Assembly (NCBI GenBank): GCA_964016885.1
Contig: OZ024741.1
Coordinates: 285,820,001 to 285,884,000, forward strand
Length of the DNA: 64,000 nucleotides
Direction of reading: 5' to 3'
Origin: Eledone cirrhosa
Lineage: Eukaryota
Each line of letters starts with the position of its first letter. Within the stretch, counting starts at the first letter, position 1. The position numbers and the translations under genes are program-made. Under the pieces are notes generated by a model. The model was not told the origin of the DNA. It made no database searches and saw only the letters and a list, made by a program, of their open reading frames with translations. Shown here piece by piece: positions 1 through 11,294 of the stretch.

Positions 1-284
1 TACATAATCACCTTTATTTCCAAAATATTTTAATAGATCTATTATATATGGAACAGGTAATATATGCTTGTGATATATTTATGTGAAACGCAATGATGAA
101 TCAGTATCCCATTGTATTTAAGATAAACAGAAAGCCCGTGCTTACTCTCATATGCAGTTTAACATATTTTGAAGATAAAATGTAATAATACACTCCATTC
201 ATTGGAATTGAATTTCCATAAACTCGTTTGAACTTCTTTCACAGAATAATATTATTATTGTTATCATTATTATTAAAGGTAGCA

Positions 285-478
285 GGGCGGTGGATGGCGG
301 TATCGGTAGAGGGTCTGACGCCATGATTTGCAGCAAAGAGTTACGGCCCTTTATGGTCTGAGTTCAAATCCCGCCGAGGTTAACTTTGCCTTATATCCTC
401 AAGGGGGTCTATCAAATAAAGTACCAGTAATGCACTGAGATAATTGCTGGCCCTGTGCCAAAAGTAGAAACAATTATT
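285..478 (+). mobile_element. tRNA-derived SINE (main family), followed by two more diverged tandem copies to ~900
   Basis: Pol III A-box-like TGGCGGTATCGG and B-box GAGTTCAAATCCC; central ctttgcctt...aaataaagtaccagt block; tail gctggccctgtgccaaaagtagaaacaattatt. The same sequence recurs more than 20 times in the window. Confidence 0.85.
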
Positions 479-1399
479 AGTCGTTAGAACGTTAAATATA
501 ATACTTTGTGGTATTCGTTCCGGCTTTCCCCTCTCTGAGTCCAAATGCCGCCAAGGTTAACCTTGTCTTTCATCTCTTCGAGGTCTGTAAAATAAAGTAC
601 CAGTAATACACTGATGTTCACTTAATTGAGTTTCCCTCCCCGAAAATGGGTTGCTTTGTGCCTAAATCAGAAACTATTACTATTAAAGTGGTGAATTAGG
701 GTGGTAGCTTGGCACAATTGTTAGTGCATCGGACAAAATGCTTTGTCCGACTACTTCATTTCTCAATCGAAACCCTGCTGAGGTTAAATTTGTATTTCAT
801 CATTCTAGCGTCTATAAAATAAAGTACCAATAAAATGCTGAGGTGAGTATAATTGTTCTTCCTCTCTTATCAAAATTGCTGGCCTTGATTAGAAATCATT
901 ATCAAAGCGCTGAATGGCGATGAATTGCTGGTGAATGCTAGTATTGGAGATCGATGGAGGTATGTTTTAATTTTAAATTGTGTGATTATGTGGTTGCATG
1001 TGTGCTTATATTAACTCTTTAGCAATTAAACCGGCCATATCCAGCCAGAATTCTCTCACCTCTTTCTGTTCAAACTGGAAGTTACCGGTCGCTTATATTT
1101 ATGTTAAGATATTGTTCTCAAAATAAATAATATCAAAATCTTATAGATTCGATATTAAGTGAGATAATTATGTGAGGTAAAGGCTTTACATTGGAAATAT
1201 AATAGTATATAGAGAGTAATGTTAGGGTTTGTATAGTATATAGAGAGTAATATAGTATATAGAGAGTAATAAAGGGTTAAAGGTAGAAGGGCTGGATTAT
1301 GATAAGCTACAATAGTGTTGGATACATTTGGGGGAAGGGAGAGGTAGACAATGACCAATAGCTCTAGGGTTTATACTCACTAATATCGAAATCTTTGAT

Positions 1400-1790
1400 C
1401 ACATATTTCTGTGATGGTCGTCATGGCAGAGTACTCAAACGCTCCTTCCCGTGGGTGCTGCCAGAAGCAACCGCCTCCAATTTGGAGCAAGTTGCTAGAG
1501 AATAGTATATTCGCGTCGCAGATGGTGGATAGCAATATGGCCACCTGATATGATGGTTAGTTACGATATAAGCGGGCACCTACCGCAAAAATAAGCAGTG
1601 GTAAACTACTGGGGGAGATGGGTCCATCGTTGATACATTTTTAGCTTCAAGAAAACTCTCACAACCCAATTATGTAGCTACAGTGAGGCGAGTAAACGCC
1701 GCCTCTAAAACAGCCTAGTCTTCGTGTTCCTGAGAAAAGAACCATATTGGTGACTGACACGAATGCGACCTCCAAGTCACACCACAATAT
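1400..1790 (+). mobile_element. Dispersed repeat, probable 5' UTR remnant of an RTE-like LINE
   Basis: Shares ggccacc..gatat, gaggcgagtaa..ccgcctctaa..cctag.cttcg..ctgagaaaag with 56300-56550. Begins with an HDV-like motif (see findings). The family assignment is inference. Confidence 0.4.
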
Positions 1791-4647
1791 GGCTAGACAC
1801 AGTAGAAATCATTGTTACTATTGTTTATGAACCGTAGCCAATTTCATTGCCTCTGTTCTTTTCCAAAATCCATATCTCTGACTATGCTAAAAATTATAAT
1901 TAATTATTTTTGTTATTTTTATTTGCATCCCCACTAGTGTTGTATAGCGAAGATATTATATTCTTGTATTTATAACATGTTAGGATAATCGACCTATTGA
2001 ATATCGTTTACAATATAAAGATATCGAACGACATTTCAGTTTATTACATTAAATGTTTCTTTTTTCATCGCTACAAACAAAAATACAATCACGCAATCAC
2101 ACCAAACAACTACTTCATAATTTTCTTCTTTGATGTTTTCCATAAATGCGAAGCGACAGAGGAACCTATAATTGACAGGGAAAATTCTATCGGCATACTA
2201 AACTTAAGAAAACACTAGCAATGCTTATTTTATTTTGAGTATTTTAAAGAAAAGTTTCTATGAACGTTTATTCTTTTGTTTGAAAATATTTCCTACCTTC
2301 GAATTTACAATTAAATGTTCAATTGAAACGGATATGACGTAAGATATTTTAAAAGTATTTTTTAACATATTTTTTACGAGGCTCTGTTTGAATATGTGTA
2401 TATGTATTGATATATGTGTATATATGTGTATATGTATTGATGCCAGTGGGTCTATGTATGTGTATTTTGTGTATATATGTTTGTAAGCGTGTACATTTAC
2501 TCAAAATAATTATTACGTGCACCATTGTTCTTTAATCTCCCCGTTTTCTTGTTCAAATCCCCGAATTGGCTTATTAAACACAGCTTAACAATAATTATGA
2601 TAGTGCTCAATATAAGAGTAATAATATATGCGTCTATATATTTTTTCTAGCGTGAATACATATATTTACGTATATAGACTGCGAAATGATATGCGTCTAT
2701 GTAAAACAATGCTGCCGTTTAGGTTTGTGAGTGCCAAATTCAGATGACTGTATTTGTATCTAAACTGGAATTAATGACACATAGGACAATGTAGCTCCAG
2801 ATATAAAAAGATGATATAATCGGCGGTGAACAGTGCTATGAATCTGTTCAATCAATGTTGGTGTGAAGCTTGACTATACGAAAACAACCAGCTGTTAACG
2901 TGAGATATCCATAATTAACTTAATGAGATTATTGTGCTGAGTTCAAGTTCTCCTGTGTGATGTTAGTCACACTCATACCGAATCATTTTTTTAACCAATT
3001 CTCTAAATTAATCTACTGTAATGCATCGTTAATTACGAGATTGGTAATGATCAGTCAAGCAATAACCGTAAGTAGCCGTAACGATTTGCATCATAGCGTA
3101 CATGAAATTGTGTATATTCTTGACTTTTCGAAAATCGTTAGCAATTTCGGAGAAAGAATTTACGTAAATTTTACAAAAAATTAAAACAAGTATTTTTTTC
3201 CTGTCGCAGATTGGAATACTTTCTTTGGATTTAAAAAACAGATCCTAAATTTGCCGTATTGCCTGATATACGGCTGTGATAACGAAAATAAAGATATGAC
3301 AGTCTATGCATGGGCATATATGCTTTTATTATATCCATTTTCCATAGTAGAGAAGGTATTTGATTATGGGTACCGTGTCTGTGAGCTTATATTTGAGACT
3401 ATTTGTGTGAATTTAGCTATCGTAAAACGTAATCCATTCAATTAAAGCAGTATATCATCGTTGCTTGACATATCGAAGCTTAAGTTTGGCCCAGATACAT
3501 ATGCATGAAATATTTATGAAATACTTAGGATATGTAGCTTATGACATATTTATGAAATACTTAGGATATGTAGCTTCAGTCATCATGCAATATCGCGTTT
3601 TATTGTCGTATATCATACATTTACTTTTCAAGATATCTTCAATATTTTATTCAATTATGTTACTCATTGAACATTTCTGTTGGCAAATATATATTTTAAG
3701 CTAAGGTAGGAGAGAGATTTATTATTATAGAGCTAATCATGGGTAGCATAAAATCATGACGAGCACAACCCTCAATACCATTACTGTTACCATTATCATC
3801 ATTGTTGTTATCGTCATATATTGTTATCGTCATATATTGTTATCGTCATATATTCATAATTTTGAAATAATAAAGTAGATTCCTTTCGAAATATTAAAGC
3901 AGCAACCAGCTGCTTTCTGTTCTGCACTCCTATTAATGTTTTCAATTTATTGTTTATTCTGCCAGTGTATAATATCCTAGAGAAGAGAAAACACTTGGGT
4001 AAAAACTTAAAATTCCACTGCGGTTAAATCTGCATTTTATCTCCGGAGTCAATAGAAAGTTAAACATTAACATAAGTGAGATGACTCAATTGAATATAAC
4101 GCGCTTCTAAAGAAATGACGTCTTTAGCCACATTAAAAGAAAGCAATTGAATACATAATCCGTGAAATTTATAACGTAATTTCTCGGGATCCAAAACCGC
4201 ATGCTGGAATATGTAAAATGTTCTATTCAGTAAAAGCGGAGGATGTATGTTTTATAGAAACATTACCTTTGAGGATCTCAAAATATCCCTCCCAATAGTT
4301 GATGGAATGAACGTAAAGTGTGGATGAAAATATATAAAGAAAATCATGTCATTCAGTCCGCTCGCTACAACAGCCATCACAAAATCTCAGCAAGCTGGAA
4401 TAGCAAAATGGCAGATTCTTATTACAGTAAAATAAAGGGCCTCGTTATCAATATTTGTATTTTGTGTGATTTATTGAATTAATTTCCTTATTTTGGATGA
4501 TTTATTTTTATTTTTCTCGCAGTTTTTCTTTCTTGTTGGCGGAGTTGTGGGTTTACAACGAAAGTTTAGAAAAAGATTCAAAATTCTCTGGAGTTTCTAT
4601 TGATTTGTTATTGTTAAAGATACTACCTCCAACACCATCTTCATCGC

Positions 4648-4661
4648 CGCTGCTGCTGCTG

Positions 4662-4732
<71 letters not shown>

Positions 4733-4740
4733 GATGCTGA
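4648..4740 (+). repeat. (CTG)n-(CTA)n trinucleotide microsatellite
   Basis: Seen directly; explains the poly-Leu and poly-Val ORFs. Confidence 0.95.
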
Positions 4741-4954
4741 TGTTACTGCTCTGTTGCTCCTCTCAGATGACTCTATTATAAGGTACATAATAGTTTTATC
4801 ACAATTCTTATTATTTGAAACATTTTTCTAAAGTATGACTTTCTCTGTGGCCTGAAGTTAAACTCATTAGGAACCATTTCCGTTGCCATATTTGTTTTCC
4901 CACCTGTAAACAATCGCTTTGAAATTATCCTTTCAAAAACGCATATAATTAATA

Positions 4955-5011
4955 TTATCATCATCATCATCATCATCATCATCATCTTCATTCTTCTTCT
5001 TCTTCTTCTTC

Positions 5012-5070
<59 letters not shown>

Positions 5071-5086
5071 GTTATTGTTGTTATTA
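4955..5086 (+). repeat. Compound (ATC)n(TTC)n(TTA)n(TTG)n microsatellite at the 3' end of an RLE-LINE fragment
   Basis: Seen directly. Confidence 0.95.
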
Positions 5087-5089
5087 CTC

Positions 5090-5640
5090 TTTGAGTCTCA
5101 GTCATTGATGTTAGTTAACTGGAAAGTTTGTTGAAATGAATATCAAGCCGCTACCTGCAGCCTCAGATATTCAGGACGTATCGGAGGGTTCTTGCTGTTC
5201 CCAGCAAGCATGCCTTTTGAAGCGTTCAAAAAGCGTGAAGGGGCCAATTTTCTTTAACCATCCCTGGAAACTTTTTGAGATAGTCCCTAGTGCGCCTATG
5301 ACAATCGGGACCAGTTTGACTTTATGGCAGTTCCAAATCCTTTTTACCTCCCACTTTAAGTCCTGGTATCGGTTAATTGTCTCCCTCTCCTTCTCTTGCA
5401 CTCGTGTCGAATGGGCAGGCCACATCCACAATCAGGCATGATCTTTTTTCTTTGTCCAAAACCACCAGGTCAGGTCTATTGTGTTCCAGTTTCTTGTCCG
5501 TCTGTATCCTAAAATCCCACAGCACCTTCACCTGATCGTTTTCTATCACCGACTCTGGCTTATGCTCATACCACTTCTCAGAATGTGGTAAACTGTTTAC
5601 TTTGCATAGGTGCCAGTGGATCACCCTGCCCATCACATAA
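5090..5640 (-). mobile_element. 5'-truncated Dong/R4-like non-LTR retrotransposon (RLE domain + 3' UTR)
   Basis: Frameshifted ORFs read IHWHLC..KWYEHKPESVIENDQVKVLWDFRIQTD..NRPDLVV..IVDVACP / YQDLKWEVKRIW..VPIVIGALG (PD-(D/E)xK restriction-like endonuclease). Ends in (TAA)n. Confidence 0.9.
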
Positions 5641-5840
5641 ATGTCTCCAGCCCTTATAGTAAGTCTGGGCTAGATGTTTTATTATTATTATTATTACAGT
5701 TGCATTTATCTTGCTTTATGTTCATACGAGTTATCACCAAGTCACAACCAGTGACCTCAAGAGACAACAAGGTCCGCCATGTTCAAGAAAGAACATACAT
5801 ATTCACACATGCATCTTTAGTGTTTAGACTTGTGATGTAC

Positions 5841-6848
5841 TTATATTGACAGAATCTTCCTTAGTATATGAGCAGTTCCCATTAGTACTATCTTTTGTAT
5901 TTCTCCTATACGCGGGTTTCCTGGGATTTGCGATAAGTAATCATTAGACCCCTTAGGTATCATTCCCAGAGCGCCTACAACCACCGGTATTGTTTTAGTT
6001 CTCAATTTCCACATTTTTCCAATTTCTATCTCCAGGTCCTTATACTTGCTCAATTTTTCAAATGTTTTTATAGATACATTCTTGTCTATTGGAACAGACA
6101 TATCAATTAGCAGGCATACCCTCTTTTGAAAGTCCTTCAATATTATATCAGGTCTATTTGCATCTATTTTTCGGTCTGTTTGGATGCTAAAGTTCCACAA
6201 GATTGAGATGTGATCTTTTTCAAGTATGGGAGGTGGTTGATGCTCCCACCAATTCTTTTGATGGGGCAGGTCAAAATGCTTACACATTATCCAATGTATG
6301 TATTGTGCAGCTCTGTCATGCCTGTTTAGGTATTCGGTTGGAGCTATAGGACTGCACATTGAAATTATATGGTCAATGGTCTCTGGTTGTTTTTTGCATA
6401 CACGGCATAATGGGCTGCACCCATTTTTTATTATGTTGGCTTGGTAATTTTTTGTTGGCAGACACTGATCTTGTGCCGATATAATCAGTCCTTCAGTCTC
6501 CGATTTCAGTCCAGAGGATGCCAACCACTGATGGGTTAAAGTTTTGTCAACATCAGGATTGTTAGCTGGCTCTGGGTATTTTCCATACAGAGGCTTTTCT
6601 TGCCATTTCTTAGCCAGTTTCTGTAGCAGGTCTTTCTTTGCAGTTACTTTTACCTGCTTTGCTTTTTCTGTGTTTTCCATTTCAGCAGTAAATGGGACTT
6701 CTGAAATTTGTAGTCCATTACTGTATCTTTGTGCATCTTTTGTGATGGAATATGATCTTTTGATGCTTTCGTGTTTCAAAACGAGTTTGATCATCCAATC
6801 ATGTGATTCCCTTAGATATGTAGATAATCCAATTGTTGCAGTTTTCAA
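5841..6848 (-). pseudogene. C-terminal part of the RLE-LINE ORF: CCHC zinc finger + restriction-like endonuclease
   Basis: CRVCKKQPETIDHIISMC, RHD, NRPDII..LIDMSVP..KLSKYKDL, PVVVGALG. Confidence 0.9.
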
Positions 6849-6888
6849 CGCAATGTCTAACTGGATTAAGCCACGTCCTCCTTCTTTC

Positions 6889-8427
6889 CTATATTCTATC
6901 TATATCTGCCTTAGGGTGATGCATTCTGTGCATGGTTAAGAATTTTCGAATTTTTGTATCGAGCCTACGGATCTCAATGCTTGACCAGTTGATGACATTG
7001 TAACTGTAGGTTACTACTGGTATGGTAAGCGTCTTTATGGCATCGATCCTATTCCTTGCATTCAATTCCGTTCTTAAGATTGCTCTTACTCTGCCGTAAC
7101 ATTCCTTCCTCATCCTTTCCCTCATTGTCGAGTGCTTGATTCCGTCTCCTTCACAAACACCTAGATATGTGTAAGTTTTTTCTTGATCAAGTTCTCTTAT
7201 CACGTTCCCCCGATCAAGATTAATGTCTGAACTCTTCAGCAGCTTTCCTCTGGTGAACGTTGCTTTGGCGCATTTATCTAGTCCAAACTCCATTTTAATG
7301 TCATCACTGAACTGCTTCACAGTGGATAATAGCCCTTGCAATTGTTCATCATTTTTTGCAAATAGTTTCAGGTCATCCATGTAGAACAGGTGATTAATGT
7401 TTTTGTCATAGACTTTATATCCATGTTTTGTTTCATTGAGCATTTTACTTAATGGTATAAGTGCGATGCAGAATAAAAGCGGTGATAAAGAGTCACCCTG
7501 AAAAATTCCACAATTAATATTAACTTCTCCAGCTTCCAGTGATTTTGTTTCACTATTCAAAAGGAGTGTCATTTTCCATGTCTTCATACTGAATGACAAA
7601 AACCTCCTGACAAGGGGGGATATTTTGAAAATCTCTAAACATTTTTCAATCCAACTGTGTGGCAAACTATCGAATGCTTTTTTATAATCTATCCAAGCAA
7701 TCGATAGATTTTTGTGTCTATTATGACAATCTTCCAGTATCATTTTGTTAACCAGAAGCTGGTCCTTACAGCCATATGAGCCTCGTTTACACCCTTTCTG
7801 CTCAATGGGAAATAGGTCATTTGTTATCAGGTGGTCATATGTGTATTCAGCTAGGACTGATGTTAAAATTTTATACATTGTGGTCAAGCAAGTTATCGGT
7901 CTGTAATTTTTGGGATTGTTTGTCTCATCATTCTTCGGAAGCAGAAATGTAATGCCGTTAACTAGCCATGATGGTATCTTTTCTGGCTCCTTAACTATTT
8001 CATTGTAAAGTTGGGCTAACAGCTCATGAGACTCTGTGAAGGCATTTATCCAAAAGTTTTGTATTTTGTCTTTTCCTGGGGATTTCCATTTGCTGGTTTT
8101 TCTTAGAGCCAAGCGCAACTGTTCAACTGTTATATTTTCCCATGTTTGTTCCTCAAGGTAAGCTGTATCTTTCATTTGTCTGTCTATCCATGGGGCATGT
8201 ATGTTATGAACTTTTTCTTCGGCCCAGATCTTTTCCCAGAATTCTTGCACTTCCTCCTTGGGTGGTATTGATTTAGCAGTTATTGTTGACTTACCAATTT
8301 TTCTGTAGAAGTTTCTTTGGTTGTTTTTGAACATATTATTGTCCTTATAGAATCTAGATCGTTTTTCAAAGCGCCTTATACGAGCAGCTTTGGCCGACAC
8401 TTTTTGCTTGATTATTTCTATCAGCAT
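6889..8427 (-). pseudogene. Reverse transcriptase domain of the RLE-LINE
   Basis: KSPGKD, YRPITCL, EQKG, WIDYKKAFDS, GIFQGDSLSPLLF, HLFYMDDLKL, YTYLG. Confidence 0.95.
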
Positions 8428-8531
8428 GTCTATGTCACATGTTGATTTTATACTGTACTTTTTTTTTCAATTTTCTAAGTTTAGTTTGTTTAACATGTTC
8501 ACCTACTTTATAGTTTGTTAAAATTTCTATG

Positions 8532-9485
8532 TCAGATCGGAGAAGGTTTATTTGGCGATTGATGTTCTCTTGCCAAGTAGATTTCTTGTGGGAATTTCCT
8601 TTGTTTTTTCATCTTCACTCCACATAAGTGAGTGGTGACTTTAGCCGATGCATAATAGAGATGATTTAAATCAGTAATGTTTAGTTTGTTTGTGATGATA
8701 ATGTTTTTGAGAATTATGTTAGTCTTGAGTATTATCTTTTGGTTCTGTTTGGAGTTCTGGATCTTAGGGAGGGTGTCTCGTTGCCCCATGTCAGATTCTT
8801 TCATTTTCATCCATTCGATCATAATTTCATCCTTCAAGTTGGCAAGTTCATTCTCATTCATTTCTTTATCATTTACGATCTCATAATTTTCATTTGGAGT
8901 TTCATCCTGAGCATGCACTCCCTCCACTTTTTCGATCCTTTCTTTAATTTGTTCTGTTGCCAGTGATTCCGCCCCAACCCTGGGATTCGAAGTGTTACAG
9001 TTTACCTCGTTTTCACTGACACATGTTTCATTTTCCCTTCGCTGACTTTGTGCTAATAGCTTGATCTGATCAATTTCTATATCAGTTAGTAACTTTTTTC
9101 TTACAATATTTCTTCGTATATTGGCTAGTTTGTTACTGTCAATATAGCCTCTGTTTTCTGGATGTTTCTTTTTCCAGTTGATATATGTCTGTTCTGTATT
9201 CGATGTATTTGATGGGTAGTACATGGCAGTGTAGAAAGCCTCAAGGACTTCTTTATTATCTTCCCTTGACCATTTTTCTCTCTTTTTCTTTGGATTTCTT
9301 GGTGGTGAGCATGGAGGACCAACAGTAGGAGTATTCCGGTTATGGGACGTCTCCAGCTCCGAAGTGATGGGAAGGTTTGAACCATTAGCTGATTTTTCGA
9401 CCCAAGTCTGGTTCCTCTCTGAGAGACGCGGCCCTTTTTTACCCGGGTGACGGCCGATCCGGTATGAGATTTTATCATTAGACAT
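8532..9485 (-). pseudogene. N-terminal part of the RLE-LINE ORF (Myb-like DNA-binding region)
   Basis: KKKREKWSREDNKEVLEAFY..NKLANIRRNI..LTDIEI is homologous to KRMKWTREEYKEVIYAYY..NKLANVRRYI..LSDTEL in ORF 17891..18469. Confidence 0.8.
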
Positions 9486-10634
9486 TTACTTTATTTTGTC
9501 GCGTTTTATCCTTTTCCGCCAAGGGGTAATCATTTCGTGTTACCACTTCTAGAACGAGTGTCAACCAAGACTAGAGGGGTCGTTCTCCCCTAGAGACACG
9601 GCTATTCCCCGCCGGCCGCCATCCCGGTATTTCTTGGTCACGGGGTTTTCTTTTTGTTGTTTTTTTAAATTGTTATTATCATGAGTGGTTCCTTAATGTG
9701 AGCATTGCGTGGCTTAAGAATGAAATTATTAATAATTGTCTCCACTCCAGGCACAAGGCTAGCAATCACCCAGTGCATTACAATAATATAATATACTTTT
9801 TGTTGGCTGTTATTGTTGTTGGCTATGTCGGTGGTGGTGCCGGGGCTTTTTATATTGTTGGTGAGGAAGGGGTGAGCCAGCAGTCCCATAGTTGTTGATG
9901 TTGACGTTTGGCCGATGGCCAGGTCACTAAGTCAATCTATTTATATCTTTTGCTAGCCTCTCCCTTGTCTAGTGATACCGCCACCTTCCCCTTTCTCTCT
10001 CAAGTTAACAGGGGAATAGTGGTGGTAGCATTGAAGGAGTGGTGGCGGCGACGATGGGATAGTGGTAGCAATGATGGATGGGGTGGGGTGGCGGCAGCGG
10101 TGGCGTTGTGGTTACTGATATGTAGTATCTATGAGTTTGTGTTCGTATGTTTAATATATATTTTTATTATATTTTGTGTTGACATATTCCCGTAAAATTG
10201 GAATTAAACATTTTTTTTAAATTTGAGACAATAATAATAGTAATTATTATTATTATTATGCTGTTGAAATTGCCGTTATCTGGCTGTTATATTTAGTGTG
10301 ATGGGATAGGTGGTGTATCAAGTTTCTGGTGTTGGTGAAATTGCTGTTATTTGGCTGTTCTATATAGTGTAGACAGAGGGTGTTTTTTCCCCATTTATAA
10401 CCATTTTCTTTTTTTGAATACAAAATATATAATACAAAATTGAGTATTTGAGCGATACAACAATATAATATGGATCCGAAACTTTATGGGACCTGATTCG
10501 GTGGTTTATGCAACATTTGTACTAAGAATTGTTATTTCACAAATGATTTAAATATGTTAAAAATCAAAAACTTACGGGAGCGATTTCATGACCTTCTACC
10601 ACCTCGTGCCTCTTCTTCCCTTATTATTATTATT

Positions 10635-11248
10635 AACGCGAACACCTGCCGTCGCGTTTAGGACGGATCCGGCTATCATCTGAGTCCATCGTGAGGATTG
10701 CCCCGCCCTCCTCCTTTAGCCGGGAAGGGCAGGCAGTTTTTATCTGCCTGGTGGCCATGGTGAAAGAGATAGTATGGTGGACACGTTTGAAAGGGCTGAA
10801 GACGAGCACTTACCTCTTCGGTGATGCTCTGATTGACTTTTTCAAATTTCATTTGAAAAGGAAAATCAGAGTAGAGAGGGGAGTGCTCTCTTCCCAGCAT
10901 TTTGTTGAAAGATGGGTGAGAGAAGCAAGAATGGCCCGAGTGAATGGGCCTACTCTGAGTATATATCTGTAAATTAAAGGTGGAAAACTGGGAGAGGGCA
11001 CTTGCCTTGGTGGTCAGGGTCATTGTGGCTTTTTACTGGGCTTTCTCCACAAATGTCCCTCCGAAGTCTGCCCCTATTGGGGAATTTTTCATTGTTATTT
11101 TTTGTTACATCCTCTGTTTTTGTTTTTTACACGCAGAAATGCCCATTTGTACCGTCCTGCATTGTCCTGCACTGTCCTTAATGTCTACTGTATGTAAACC
11201 CTTGTGGTTAATAAAGAAATCATTATTATTATTATTATTATTATTATT
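10635..11248 (+). mobile_element. 3' fragment of a Tx1/L1-like LINE
   Basis: AVFICLVAMVKEIVWWTRLKGLKT..FFKFHLKRKIRVER..FVERWV matches the C-terminus of the element at 23126-23512. Ends aataaagaaatc(att)n. Confidence 0.85.
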
Positions 11249-11294
11249 TGAAACTTCTTTTGATTTCTGCTTCTTTCTTATATCATACCGCGTG

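Larger units (their letters stand above)
5697..9650 (-). mobile_element. Near full-length Dong/R4-like RLE non-LTR retrotransposon
   Basis: One ORF broken by a few frameshifts (9485..8532, 8427..6889, 6848..5841): Myb-like N-terminus, RT, CCHC finger, RLE. Structured 5' UTR at 9486-9650. The 3' end runs into (TAA)n. Confidence 0.93.

Noticed and set aside
285-478. tRNA gene suggested by the A and B boxes
   Set aside because: No cloverleaf is evident; it is followed by a SINE core and tail and occurs in many diverged copies.
3500-3576. Short direct repeats (atatttatgaaatacttaggatatgtagctt x2; also attgttatcgtcatat x3 at ~3803-3852) as a CRISPR-like array
   Set aside because: Plain tandem duplications with no unique spacers, in eukaryotic DNA with no cas genes.
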